A DNA stretch of 64,000 nt from Macrostomum lignano (lineage: Eukaryota). The stretch's first letter is position 1, and every line of letters begins with the position of its first letter. Shown here one piece after another: positions 14,301-26,579 of the stretch. A program made the position numbers and the translations under genes. Under the pieces are notes generated by a model that was not told the origin of the DNA, searched no databases, and saw only the letters and a program-made list of their open reading frames with translations. The stretch spans positions 582,558 to 646,557 of the forward strand of contig NIVC01000172.1 of NCBI GenBank assembly GCA_002269645.1, read 5' to 3'.

Positions 14301-15508
14301 ACGATGAGAAGGAAGAGCGAGCTAAGCTAGGAACACCTGAGAGTCAGAACATCCGGATACTGGGCACCTGGATCGGCAGAAAGCAGGACACCGCCCAGCG
14401 GCTGCAGAGAGCTGCCAAAGCGTGGGCGGGAGTCAAATGCATGCTACGCAAAACACGACTAAGCAAACGCACCCAAGCTAGGATCATAGAGACCTGTGTT
14501 GAGAGCACGATGCTCTTCAATGCAGGCGCCCGGCCCTTCCACAAGTCGGAAATTAAGCGGATGCAGCAGGCAATGGACCGTCGTTATCGGTACGTGTGGA
14601 GCAGCAAGACCGAACCACCGCTAAAAGAAATGGAGAGAAAAAAAGTGAACATGTGGGACGTGCGGAACGAACTGCGGGTCCGAAGCATCGGCGCCAAAGT
14701 CGAATCGGCCCACTGGCGCAGGCTAGGCCACGTACTCAGACTCCCGGATACCAGCACCGTCAAAAGATGTGTCCTCGGCTGGAGCAAGAAGCTGACTACC
14801 ATCAAGAAAGCGCGGAAGAGAAGGCAGACCATCATCTCGGTATGGAGAAAGCTACTGCGCACGGCAGAAATCGATGAGCTGGAGGTCGAAAGGCTGGTGA
14901 CCGATAGAGAGGCTTGGAGAAAGAAGTTACGCATCAGGGAAAGAGCGCTGGAGGAGAGCGAGAGGAAGAAAGGAAAGAAAGCAGAGACGACTGAGGAAGA
15001 AACAGCACAGGAAAGAGAAGCCGGAGAAGTGGAATCGGAGCTGACCGGGTACAGGTGCAATTACGAGAACTGCGGGAAGGTGTGCGCGTCGAGAGCCGGG
15101 TTAGCCGTACACCAACGGAGGATACACCATCAATTTACGAAGACACCGCTGCCGTGCCTAAAGTGCAACGCTACCTTCTTCACGGAGGCGACAAGAAAAA
15201 ACCACCAGAAGAGGTGCGGAGGAGAGGAGCGATCGGCGAAAGAAGTCCACTGCGGAGAGTGCAACAAGTGGATAAGCAAGTCCAACCACGCGCGGCATAG
15301 GAAACGGTGCAAGGAGAACGGAAGGAAACCAGAGGCGGGCGCGACACCGGACGAGAGGGCAGAAGAAGCAGCAGTACCAACGGGGAGAGGCCAGCAGACG
15401 ACGGGGATTACGGCGCGGATCTACAAGAGCGCCAGAGCTCCGTGCCCGGACTGCGGGAGGATGCTGGCCCGCACGAACATGGCCAGACATCGAAAGACCT
15501 GCCAGTGA
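11381..15508 (+). CDS. RTE-like polyprotein: APE endonuclease, reverse transcriptase, C-terminal zinc fingers
   Basis: APE motifs ATWN, LLSE, GGDFNA, EIDGF, SDH. RT motifs FRGICLL, QFGFRSGRST, DLKKAYPRV, GLREGCATSPILFN, LFADD. RTE-type thumb WRRLGHVLRL. No stops over 1375 codons; the true start is uncertain. Confidence 0.95.
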   Translation: MMLGKILHLHEACRQHAVPSGQPEQPGWQSRIGGGREARSLGVTAAVYGQTSSQQSGLDLTDPGTSRNNSKVESFAESERESEELLRKISKKNKKKKEHEANKEESNCTYPESKERRRAEISRALETIEKNPGPRRPAQKTARKLRRTTRRKKVRDRKAREKARRANERWHNNDIKLATWNMRRANVGSGRFGEVVKYAIGKGWDVTLLSELDTPGVGIRSYHHREAEMHLVHSQKVGMLLGETAWTMWNETGRKMHPMKRTLALEIGGVILIAVYQPVKKGKEYEEEVDEIREEIERMLNTFAKKAVLIIGGDFNASVGSGVHRLSSTGRYGIGPTNQQGEDLLLWLESLGLAWASTFYRQKKQGTWRNPRSHQWYEIDGFITKKEQRHRIIGSIRTDHDPNHHTRSDHLPKVITMKRRFAERCAEPTRKYPKNQKNEIAWDRLRDVGVRELYRNKTEEVLAGKGETDWETTKQTMLEAAREICGPKTRQTNPWMVGHEEELAELNKEVEHALSARNRVKKSPEGTLTVEERTVALTRATQGLKEKRGKQKKKLQEWMEQWWMEIAEECKRNCDTGNVAGMYDCLRKMGRNTKQNENNSRTVPLFTAEDFKEHLSKIQEQRFENDQEEMLNLIRSAPKPSVDKATIEEANDRLSRPLTNKEIDDEIKKIKDGAPGLDGIRMRYITSACAMAQAEVRKVVHYIWNNPADTWEEDQKVGVIMPLHKKGDRTNLNNFRGICLLPVASRILARILATRLSSWTENMGLLDDNQFGFRSGRSTMDATQIILRLNEDAEKIRESPEWAESMDTSLVLLDLKKAYPRVNKPALWELLKHQHMPERTIKKLADLHEYTAYTVRCGAETSSEFYPQRGLREGCATSPILFNIYHQTAIRIAKERRMEKAKNTGAECGIKWVCRPGKCLPPKKMGGYNEEAAEITITEVLFADDTTIVGGSEEIEQGTRTVIETIGILEERTNDEKEERAKLGTPESQNIRILGTWIGRKQDTAQRLQRAAKAWAGVKCMLRKTRLSKRTQARIIETCVESTMLFNAGARPFHKSEIKRMQQAMDRRYRYVWSSKTEPPLKEMERKKVNMWDVRNELRVRSIGAKVESAHWRRLGHVLRLPDTSTVKRCVLGWSKKLTTIKKARKRRQTIISVWRKLLRTAEIDELEVERLVTDREAWRKKLRIRERALEESERKKGKKAETTEEETAQEREAGEVESELTGYRCNYENCGKVCASRAGLAVHQRRIHHQFTKTPLPCLKCNATFFTEATRKNHQKRCGGEERSAKEVHCGECNKWISKSNHARHRKRCKENGRKPEAGATPDERAEEAAVPTGRGQQTTGITARIYKSARAPCPDCGRMLARTNMARHRKTCQ
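11386..11476 (+). ncRNA. HDV-like self-cleaving ribozyme (predicted)
   Basis: P1 GCTTGGC/GCCAAGC (11386-92/11434-40); P2 GATTCTGC/GCAGAATC (11395-402/11469-76); P3 ACC/GGT; P1.1 CC(11407-8)/GG(11441-2); P4 CAACCGG/CCGGTTG; catalytic C11465 followed by AAA. Confidence 0.85.
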
Positions 15509-17647
15509 GTCGGCGGCAGAGCGTCCACGCCGCGAGGCGAGAAAAGGACTGAAGAAGAAGAAGAAGAAGACTTCAGAAAATTTACGCTGGCAATGCAATA
15601 AAAGGAAGGAATTATGAGAATAATAATCATATGTTATTCTCTTCCCTCTTCCTTCCTTCCGTGAGCGCAGAGCCTATGCAGACTTTTTCTCTCCTCCGCA
15701 GGAATCCCTCTCGCACCTTCGCCCTTCATCGGTCGCGCAGCGTGAGGTCCCGGGGAATCCTCTTAATGAGGCTCCCCCCGCCGCCGGCGTCCCTCCCAAC
15801 CTCACAGAGCCGCGGCGGCTGGTGAAGCAGAGGATGAAGGAAGCTGAAGTGGAGACGGCCGCCGGAGTCTCTTCTTGCGGGAGAGACGGTCGCGCTGTGT
15901 TTTGACAGCTTGGAAAGAAAATATTTGAAATGCGCACCAGTTTCTGGCGGGCGGGCAAGTAACCGCGCGGCCGTAATTGCTTTTGTGCCGCATCCGGGAT
16001 GGGAGAAGCCGCTGCCCTTGTTACTATGGAACAGGGGGGGGGGGTGGGAGGTCGAGTTTCAAGGGATGCCATGGGAAAACAGGAACAAGAGCGGAGAGAA
16101 ATTATCCTCTTCCAGCTGGCTTCCCGGCGTAAAAGAACCTTGTTGCACAAAGCTGGGTCTTCCTGCATGGCTCTGCTGCCGGCCCCTCATTGGAGGGGGG
16201 GGGGGTTTAAGCAATTTTCGCTACAAAAAACTGCTGGACAAGGAAGCTGAGGAAGGGGAGGGGGTAAAGACGAGTGTCAAAGCGGCCTCGCTTACCAAAG
16301 TGCGGGACGCCGCTTTCCAGTTCGGCGGACTGGGTAGAATTTACCGACTGCTTTGCAGACAGGAGAGTTACTTAGAAAATATCCCTGGCTTCCATCTCGA
16401 TGAAAGCCGGCCGGGTTTATAGTGCGGCACTGGAATTCCGTGGGTGCAAAATGCAGCTCGTATGGCTGGGCCTGCAGTTCCCCTGCCGAAATTGCTGATC
16501 GCCAGGTCGACTCCGATGACACCTTCAGCTGTTGTTGGGGACTGCGGCGTCCATCAGCCTTGCCCGTCACTTTTCCCTGCCGAACCCAACAAGCCGCTCA
16601 GGGTGCAGCTGCAGTCCATCCCTCTCACCTAGCGCTAAGCCGGGGCAGAGAAGGAAGAGGGTCAAGAGTGCCAAATGAGACAGGACAGTCGATATCGCAT
16701 ATCGTGCGTCTGCTGCGAATCATTTGGGACATTCTATGAGATTAAAGAGGTACGAGTTTCACGATAGCGCGATAGCGGCGGAGCTTCTGGTTAGAATCAA
16801 ACTAAGAAGCAGCTGCAAGCAAAAAAATTTCAAGATGGCAAGCAACAAAGCAGAGGGGGGCGCAGCCCAGTGGTCCATCGCTCTGATGTGCCAGCGGCCC
16901 AGGCTCGATTCCAAGTGCAGTCACATTAATTTGGGGCTGAATTGGAATCTCGGCTTGGCTCTGCTCGTGCAATCAGTGCCCTTGAGGATCAACCCCCAAG
17001 GCGCAGTGAAGTGTACATGTCTAACGATAAAATAAAGTTAGGGCCGCTGTACACTCCTGTGTGAGTGTGTGCCTGTGCGTATGACTGCGTACGTATCCGC
17101 GCGCTTGTGTGCCTGCTCAGGGGAGTCGGCGGAATGGGCAGTAATGCCTCTCGCCGGTTGTGTGACAATGTCGCCAGGGTGCACACAGCCAGGAAGCAAT
17201 ATTGCTTAAGTTCGGAAGCAGTCAGGCTGAGGACTGGAAGCAGGAAGGTTGATGATGGAAACAAAAAGGCTCAAGACTGGAAGTGGACACAACATAAGAA
17301 CGGAAGCAGAAAGAATCTGCATTGACAACCAAATCGAAAAAGTTTCAAGACTAAAATTTCGATACTTTAGCTGAACAAACAATTTCATTAAACTAAGCCC
17401 CATCAAATTTTTGGGCAATTTGACATAACAACTGTAATTTTTATCCCACAGTCGGATGAATGCACCATCGGCTACGCTTAAAAGTTTTTTTTCAAATTCA
17501 CTGCGCAGTTTTGAATTGGGCTCTCTGGACGAACACAACTGCATCAGTGCATGAATTCTGTTGATGCACAGTTCGAAATTTCATGCGAGAGATTGTGATG
17601 ATACTGCGTTTTAGGGGATGGGGAGAATTTTTAGTGCGGTATTTCAA

Positions 17648-19140
17648 GATTCCTAGATGGGGATTATCCAAGATAGGGGATTCCTAGATGGGGATTATCC
17701 AAGAAAGGGGATTTCTAGATGAGGATTATCCAAGAAAGGGGATTTCTAGATGAGAATTATCCAAGAAAGGGGATTTCTAGATGGGGATTATCCAAGAAAG
17801 GGGATTTCTAGATGAGGATTATCCAAGATAGGGGATTTCTAGATGAGGATTATCCAAGAAAGGGGATTTCTAGATGAGGATTATCCAAGAATGGGGATTT
17901 CTAGATGGGGATTATCCAAGAATGGGGATTTCTAGATGGGGATTATCCAAGAATGGGGATTTCTAGATGGGGATTATCCAAGATAGGGGATTTCTAGATG
18001 AGGATTATCCAAGAAAGGGGATTTCTAGATGAAAATTATCCAAGAAAGGGGATTTCTAGATGGGGATTATCCAAGAAAGGGGATTTCTAGATGAGGATTA
18101 TCCAAGAAAGGGGATTTCTAGATGGGGATTATCCAAGATAGGGGATTTCTAGATGGGGATTATCCAAGAATGGGGATTTCTAGATGGGGATTATCCAAGA
18201 AAGGGGATTTCTAGATGAGAATTATCCAAGAAAGGGGATTTCTAGATGGGGATTATCCAAGAAAGGGGATTTCTAGATGAGGATTATCCAAGATAGGGGA
18301 TTCCTAGATGGGGATTATCCAAGAAAGGGGATTTCTAGATGGGGATTATCCAAGAATGGGGATTTCTAGATGAGGATTATCCAAGATAGGGGATTCCTAG
18401 ATGGGGATTATCCAAGAAAGGGGATTTCTAGATGAAAATTATCCAAGAAAGGGGATTTCTAGATGAAAATTATCCAAGAAAGGGGATTTCTAGATGGGGA
18501 TTATCCAAGAAAGGGGATTTCTAGATGAGAATTATCCAAGATAGGGGATTCCTAGATGGGGATTATCCAAGAAAGGGGATTTCTAGATGGGGATTATCCA
18601 AGATAGGGGATTTCTAGATGGGGATTATCCAAGAAAGGGGATTTCTAGATGAGGATTATCCAAGAATGGGGATTTCTAGATGAGGATTATCCAAGATAGG
18701 GGATTCCTAGATGAGGATTATCCAAGAAAGGGGATTTCTAGATGGGGATTATCCAAGAAAGGGGATTTCTAGATGAGGATTATCCAAGATAGGGGATTCC
18801 TAGATGAGGATTATCCAAGAAAGGGGATTTCTAGATGGGGATTATCCAAGAAAGGGGATTTCTAGATGAGGATTATCCAAGAAAAGGGATTTCTAGATGG
18901 GGATTATCCAAGAAAGGGGATTTCTAGATGAGGATTATCCAAGATAGGGGATTCCTAGATGAGGATTATCCAAAAAAAGGGGATTTCTAGATGAGGATTA
19001 TCCAAGATAGGGGATTTCTAGATGAGGATTATCCAAGATAGCGGATTCCTAGATGGGGATTATCCAAGAAAAGGGACAATCTAAGAAAGGGAATTCCTAG
19101 ATAGGGATAATCTAAGAAAGGGAATTCCTAGATGGGGAAC
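17648..19140. repeat. 31-bp minisatellite (GGGGATTTCTAGATGRGGATTATCCAAGAAA)
   Basis: About 48 tandem units, each made of two related 15/16-bp halves. Confidence 0.97.
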
Positions 19141-19765
19141 AATAATTCAAGAGAGGGGATTTTAAGACTTTGGAATTTCTCTTAAAAATGGGGATTTCGA
19201 AAATGAAGACTCGAGATGGAGTCAAGCATGCGGTTCCTCTAGAGTGGTACATGTACAAGTGACATCATTGCTTTCCTCCTTCCTCGCTGCAGTCTCTCGC
19301 TCTCCCTATTCCCAGAGCCGCCAGCTCCATCAGTCTCAGATGTGTGCAGGAATCGATTATCGACAATCGCCCAACGAGGCCAGTTGAAGCGGCGGTATGC
19401 TGGAAATCCCTCCTCTGCTTTCTAGTCTTCGCAGCATCTCAGAGCGGCTGGGGTGGAAGAAGGAAAATCAGGACACTCCCAGATGGGGAAAGACACTTGC
19501 GCCTGTCCCCGTCTCGCCCTCGCCCTCTCTCGAGCGGGGGCGGTAGGGATTTTGAACTCGAGAGTGAATCGACCCTTTTCTTCCGACGCAGTTTTTCTTT
19601 GCTTTGTCGATCTGGAGCGGGGACAGCGGAAGACATTGGGATGGTTAGGAGACAACTGGCTGCCCCTCCTTGCTGACAGCTCGGCGATTCTCAATTGCTG
19701 AGTGCATCAAATTGTTCAATAGCTCTCCGTGTTGCATCATATTTTTTATTTGTGCAGACCCTTGA

Positions 19766-20076
19766 TCTATCCTAGACATCCCCATGTTATCCTAGAGATC
19801 CCTATTCTACCCTAGAGATCCTTATTCTACCCTAGAGACCCTTATTCTATCCTAGAGATCCCCATTCTGTCCTAGAGATCCCTATTCTGTCCTAGAGATC
19901 CCCATTCTGTCCTAGAGATCCCCATTCTGTCCTAGAGATCCCCATTCTGTCCTAGAGATCCCCATTCTGTCCTAGAGATCCCCATTCTGTTCTAGAGATC
20001 CCTATTCTATCTTAGAGATCCCTATTCTATCCTAGAGATTCCTATTTTATCCTAGAGATCCCTATTCTATCCTAGA
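19766..20076. repeat. 20-bp minisatellite (CTAGAGATCCCCATTCTGTC)
   Basis: About 15 tandem units. Confidence 0.95.
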
Positions 20077-20579
20077 GGCCTCCAGAAGAGCCGAATTCTA
20101 TCCAGCAGATCCCAAAGCAGCCCGATGCAATTTGGGCATCCCAGCTTCCTATATAAAGCCTTCCTCATTGGCATTTGGCTGCCCAAGGGTGTAAGTGTAG
20201 CTCTCCACCTCAATACTGCGCATAGCTCAGCGGGGACACTTGCACTATAAATTGCTAGCTGGGATTGCAACCACAGGCACAGCTGGGATGCAAACAACCC
20301 CAGTCCTCTGACTGATGATGCGCCAATGTACTTTTCAGCGTCCCGCCGGCCGAGAGAGAGAGAGTCATAGGCGTGTGAAATTAGATTACAAAGGGCCCGA
20401 GGAAAGGCGAGCGTGAGCATCGGCGAGGGGTCACCGGCGCTGCTCTGAAAGCGCTAATGAATTTCTCTTTTTTGCCCGGAGTTATGACTGACAGGGTTCT
20501 GTTAGAGTGTTGCAATCCTCTTTACAGGTTGCTAGGGTGCTTAGTCTGAGTTTATAGTTCAGAGCTTCTTTCTTGAGCA

Positions 20580-21031
20580 GGGTTTGGACTCATTTCTCAG
20601 TAGAGTTTGGACTCATTCCTGAGTAGAGTTTGGACTCATTCCTGAGTAGAGTTTGGACTCATTTCTGAGTAGAGTTTGGACTCATTCCTGAGTAGAGTTT
20701 GGACTCATTCCTGAGTAGTTTGGACTCATTCCTGAGTAGAGTTTGGACTCATTCCTGAGTAGAGTTTGGACTCATTCCTGAGTACGGTTTGGACTCATTC
20801 CTGAGTAGAGTTTGGACTCATTCCTGAGTAGAGTTTGGACTCATTCCTGAGTAGAGTTTGGACTCATTTCTGAGTAGAGTTTGGACTCATTCCTGAGTAG
20901 AGTTTGGGCTCATTTCTCAGTAGGGTTTGGACTCATTCCTGAGTAGAGTTTGGACTCATTCCTGAGTAGAGTCTGGACTCATTCCTGAGTAGAGTTTGGA
21001 CTCATTCCTGAGTACGGTTTGGACTCATTCC
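20580..21031. repeat. 23-bp minisatellite (TTTGGACTCATTCCTGAGTAGAG)
   Basis: About 19 tandem units. Confidence 0.96.
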
Positions 21032-21110
21032 TCACAGCGCACTCCATCCCAAACAAGGCATTCAAACATCGGATTACCCGAAAGCCCGACAAGCAGTTTC
21101 CGAAGCTCAC

Positions 21111-21304
21111 CGAGCTCGCAGGCTGCCCCCGAGTAGCCGAGCGCGCAGAAGCAGAAGCCGGGCTCGAGCTCGGCGCCGCTCCCCAGCTGCGCCAAGCAGA
21201 CACCGCCGTTCCGACACGAGTGCCGACACGCTGCCGACTGCCGGCGAAGACGGACCCCGTCGCCAACTTCAATGACGCTGGGTGCAAGAAGGCCGCCTTC
21301 GTTG
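21111..21304 (-). CDS. Neurexin-like LamG-EGF protein, exon 3 (EGF domain)
   Basis: CRHSCRNGGVC..CFCALGYSGAACE; acceptor TTCCAG (phase 2 matches exon 2); donor GTGAGC. Confidence 0.82.
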
Positions 21305-21353
21305 CTGGAATTTTGAAATGAGAAGAAATTGTAGGGTCCATCTAATGTCAATA

Positions 21354-21700
21354 GGGATCATCTGACTCAAACAGGGATTCATCTGATTCAAGCAGGGATT
21401 CATCTGACTCAAGCAGGGATTCATCTGACTCAAGCAGGGATTCGTCTGACTCTAACAGGTATTCATCTGACTCAAACAGGGATTCGTCTGACTCTAACAG
21501 GGATTCATCTGACTCAAACAGGGATTCGTCTGACTCTAACAGGGATTCATCTGACTCTAACAGGGATTCATCTGACTCTAACAGGGATTCATCTGACTCG
21601 AACAGGGATTCGTCTGACTCGAACAGGGATTCGTCTGACTCAAACAGGGATTCATCTGACTCAAGCAGGGATTCATCTGACTCAAGCAGGGATTCGTAAG
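21354..21700. repeat. 21-bp intronic minisatellite (GGGATTCATCTGACTCAAACA)
   Basis: About 16 units inside intron 2 of the LamG gene. Confidence 0.95.
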
Positions 21701-21830
21701 ACTCTGTAGGTGCACCATCTGACTGACTTACTATAGGCCATCAGGACAAAGTTCATCTAGCAACCTCATTAAGCCAAAACTCATGGGGTCTCAAGGGGTC
21801 ACCTGCCCCCCTCCCTACCGAGGTCCCCAC

Positions 21831-22056
21831 CTGCCGTCGCAGTCGGTGTACACGGCATTGGCAACCGTGCCCCGGAAGTTGCGCATGACGCCGGCGCCGT
21901 AGAAGGCCAGCGACTGCGCATTCTCGGACAGCCGCGGCGGTAGGCCGCCAACGAAAACTCGGCCAGAGTCGAGCACCCTACCTGCCCGGCCAGATCCGGA
22001 CAGCGGCATCCGCTGGGTGTCCAGAAGAGCTGAGCAATTGGTGACGTTGAGCTGGC
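21831..22056 (-). CDS. Neurexin-like LamG-EGF protein, exon 2 (LamG C-terminal half)
   Basis: RVFVGGLPPRL..NFRGTVAN; acceptor ACGCAG (phase 1), donor GTGGGG (phase 2). Confidence 0.82.
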
Positions 22057-22254
22057 CTGCGTGTTTGGCGAGTCAGTCAGTTTGCTGGGGCTTGGGGTAC
22101 TGAGGTTTTACCATAGACAGTCTCAGCGTGCCTTGGAATCGGTTGAAGGCATAGGACTAAGTGAGGTTTTACCATACTCTCAGACTGTAATACGCTACGC
22201 GTACTGGGGCCCATAGCTTGTCCCATAGTCACAATGCAGAACATGAATGTTTCA

Positions 22255-22858
22255 TTCTCAGTCTCTCAGTCTCAGTCTCTCAGTCTCTCTCAGTCTCTCT
22301 CAGTCTCTCCCAGTGTTTCTCAGTCTCTCTCAGTCTCTCTCAGTCTCTCTCAGTCTCTCCCAGTGTCTCTCAGTCTCTCTCAGTCTGTCTCAGTCTCTCT
22401 CAGTCTCTCTCAGTCTGTCTCAGTCTGTCTCAGTCTGTCTCAGTCTGTCTCAGTCTCTCTCAGTCTCTCTCAGTCTCTCTCAGTCTCTCTCAGTCTCTCT
22501 CAGTCTCACCCAGTGTCTCTCAGTCTCTCTCAGTCTCTCCCAGTGTCTCTCAGTCTCTCCCAGTGTCTCTCAGTCTCTCAGTCTCTCTCAGTCTCTCTCA
22601 GTCTCTCAGTCTCTCTCAGTCTCTCAGTCTCTCTCAGTCTCTCTGAGTCTCTTCCAGTCTCTATCAGTCTCTGAGTGTCTCTTAGTCTCTCAGTCTCTCT
22701 CAGTCTCTCTCAGCCTCTCTCAGTCTCTCTGTCTCTCCCAGTCTCTCTGTCTCTCTCAGTCTCTCTCAGTCTCTCAGTCTCTCTCAGTCTCTCAGTCTCT
22801 CTCAGTCTCTCTCAGTCTCTCAGTCTCTCAGTCTCTCAGTCTCTCCCAGTCTCTCTCA
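22255..22858. repeat. (CAGTCTCTCT)n intronic repeat
   Basis: Decamer/octamer array in intron 1 of the LamG gene. Confidence 0.97.
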
Positions 22859-22870
22859 GGGAATTCGTAC

Positions 22871-23321
22871 CTCTTCGCCTCCTAGAGATGCAATCGTCCA
22901 GTCCTTCGAGCTTCGCCAGTAGAGACTGCCTCTCAAGGGTGAACTTGAATCTCAGAAACTCGTGTTGTCCAGCGGGTTCGCCCAGCGACAAGCTGAGGAG
23001 CGTGAGGGAGGCATTCGGTACTCGGTAAATGTTCAGGCGCAGGTTCAGCCGGCCGTCCACCAACCAGGCATACAGAAACAGCGGCAAACCCGACGATTTC
23101 ACAGCTTCCTCGTCCTTCATTTCGCTATAGACAAGCAGTCCAGCTTCTCCTCGGCTGGGCGCGCTGAAGTCCAACTGCAGCGAGGCATTGGAGCAGGGCT
23201 GCCAGGCCGGCAGGGCCAGGTAGGCACTGCGGCTGCCGTTAAATTCACCAACAAAAGCCGGCGATGCAGCTCCAAAGCAGCTGCGAATTGCCGCAGCCAG
23301 GCAGAGAAGGAACCTCAGCAT
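22871..23321 (-). CDS. Neurexin-like LamG-EGF protein, exon 1 (signal peptide plus LamG N-terminal half)
   Basis: Signal peptide MLRFLLCLAAAIRSCFG; FNGS..LPAWQPC..GLLVY..LVDGRLNL recalls alpha-neurexin LNS1; donor GTACGA at 22870. Confidence 0.82.
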
Positions 23322-23584
23322 CTCCAGCCGGTTTTTAATTGGGCTGTTGGCTCTGGCATGGTGAACATTTGAGTCATCGTGCTCAGCTAGACTGCAGCAG
23401 ATATCCGTCTTTAGTGAATTCTATCTAGGCTAATAGAGCTTACAGAGCTTTGCTGGCTGATATAAATGTAGAACTATAGCTGAATGGGGGAGCAAGTGAG
23501 CGAAGCTGATTGGCTGATGGCTCTGATTGGCTGAGAGGCTGTGGCCTGGCTCTGACATGCTTTCTGCCGCTTTCTTTATAGTGC

Positions 23585-24690
23585 TCATCCAAAGAGTTTA
23601 TGCATGCTAATCCAATGAGTTTATGAATGCTAATCCAATGAGTCTATTAATGCTAATCCAATGAGTTCATGAATGCTAATCCAATGAGTTTATGCATGCT
23701 AATCCAATGAGTTTATGAATGCTAATCCAATGAGTTTATGAATGCTAATCCAATGAGTTAATGAATGCTAATCCAATGAGTTTATGAATGCTAATCCAAT
23801 GAGTTCAGGAATGCTAATCCAATGAGTTTATGAATGCTAATCCAATGAGTTCAGGAATGCTAATCCAATGAGTTTTTGATTGCTAATCCAATGAGTTTAT
23901 GAATGCTAATCCAATGATTTTATGCATGCTAATCCTATGAGTTTTTGATTGCTAATCCAATGAGTTTATGACTCATAATCCAATGACTTTATGACTCATA
24001 ATCCAATGACTTTATGACTTATAATCCAATGAGTTTATGAATGCTAATCCAATGAGTTTATGAATGCTATTCCTATGAGTTTATGAATGCTAATCCAATG
24101 AGTTTATGAATGCTAATCCAATGAGTTTATGCATGCTAATCCTATGAGTTTTTGATTGCTAATCCAATGAGTTTATGACTCATAATCCAATGTCTTTATG
24201 ACTTATAATCCAATGAGTTTATGAATGCTAATCCAAAGACTTTAAAACTCATAATCTAATGAGTTTATAAATGTTAATCCAATGAGTTTATGGATGATAA
24301 ACTAATGAGTCTAGGAATGCTAATCCTATGAGTTTATGAATGCTAATCCTATGAGTTTATGAATGCTAATCCAATGAGTTTATGAATGCTAATCCAATGA
24401 GTTTATGAATGCTAATCCAATGAGTTTATGAATGCTAATCCTGAGTTTTTTATTGCTAATCCAATGAGTTTATGAATGCTATTCCTATGAGTTTTTTATT
24501 GCTAATCCAATGAGTTTATGACTCATAATCCAATGAGCTTATGACTCATAATCCAATGAGTTTATGACTCATAATCCAATGACTTTATCACTGATGATCC
24601 AATGAGTTCATGACTGATAATCTAATGAGTTTATAAATGTTAATCCAATGAGTTTATGGTTGATAAACTAATGAGTCTAGTAATGCTAAT
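23585..24690. repeat. 23-bp minisatellite (GCTAATCCAATGAGTTTATGAAT)
   Basis: About 48 moderately diverged tandem units. Confidence 0.96.
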
Positions 24691-25109
24691 TTGTTTATCT
24701 ATTCCGTCTACCCAGCTCTATTTAATGAAATTCTTTTAAATTAAAGAATTTTAGTTAGTAAATTTTTCGGCTTGCATGGCAGCTACCTGGGTGTCGCCGC
24801 TTGTTTACTTTTAATTAGATCCAGCTTCTTAAAAATATTAGCGCTCGTACCGTATCTTTAGAGCTGAGTGAGAAACAGATACTGTCTGTGAAACTGTTTT
24901 TGCAGTGACTGTCATTCATATTGATACAAATATAACAACAACAGTCCTGTGCGAAGGCAGCTGAGATACTGAAATACGATAGGGCTGCACTGGAAACACT
25001 GTCTTAGAAACAGCTGAGAGTAACAGAGCGAGATACTTTGAGAAACCTGAGAGACACGAAATATATAATGTTGGCAGACCGATGGACTGACCGTTTAGGC
25101 TAATACTTA

Positions 25110-26258
<1,149 letters not shown>

Positions 26259-26481
26259 TGTTGGCTTTTCAAACGCAGTAGTGTAGCTGATCGAGTATAT
26301 TTCTTAGTCAACGAGCAAAAGGGGAAAGTTAAGAGAGGATGGTGCCAGAGGCTGATTTAATAGCTTTAGTCTTAGGCATAGACAAACTTATACAGTATCG
26401 TTCTAGAAAGTTCTAAGACTTGGGAATCTAACGAGAGTTACTATAATTAGCATAGATACAATTTACATTACTTTTTCAACA
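26259..26481 (-). repeat. Copia 3' LTR (223 bp)
   Basis: Direct repeat of 30652-30875, adjacent to the PPT. Confidence 0.97.
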
Positions 26482-26579
26482 CTCCCACTTAATGAAAATT
26501 GTCCATGTATGCGGTTACAAAAATTTGTCCAGTTTTCATAAAGTTCCGATTAAGATGTCAGTAAATTCAAACTCCTCTG

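Larger units (their letters stand above)
11362..15570 (+). mobile_element. Full-length RTE-like non-LTR retrotransposon
   Basis: 13-bp TSD GACTTCAGAAAAT at 11349-11361 and 15569-15581; single ORF; about 40-nt 3' UTR followed by a (GAA)6 tail at 15551-15570. Confidence 0.95.

Noticed and set aside
11521-15598. Antisense and overlapping ORFs within the RTE element
   Set aside because: Shadow frames of a purine-biased coding strand with no motifs.
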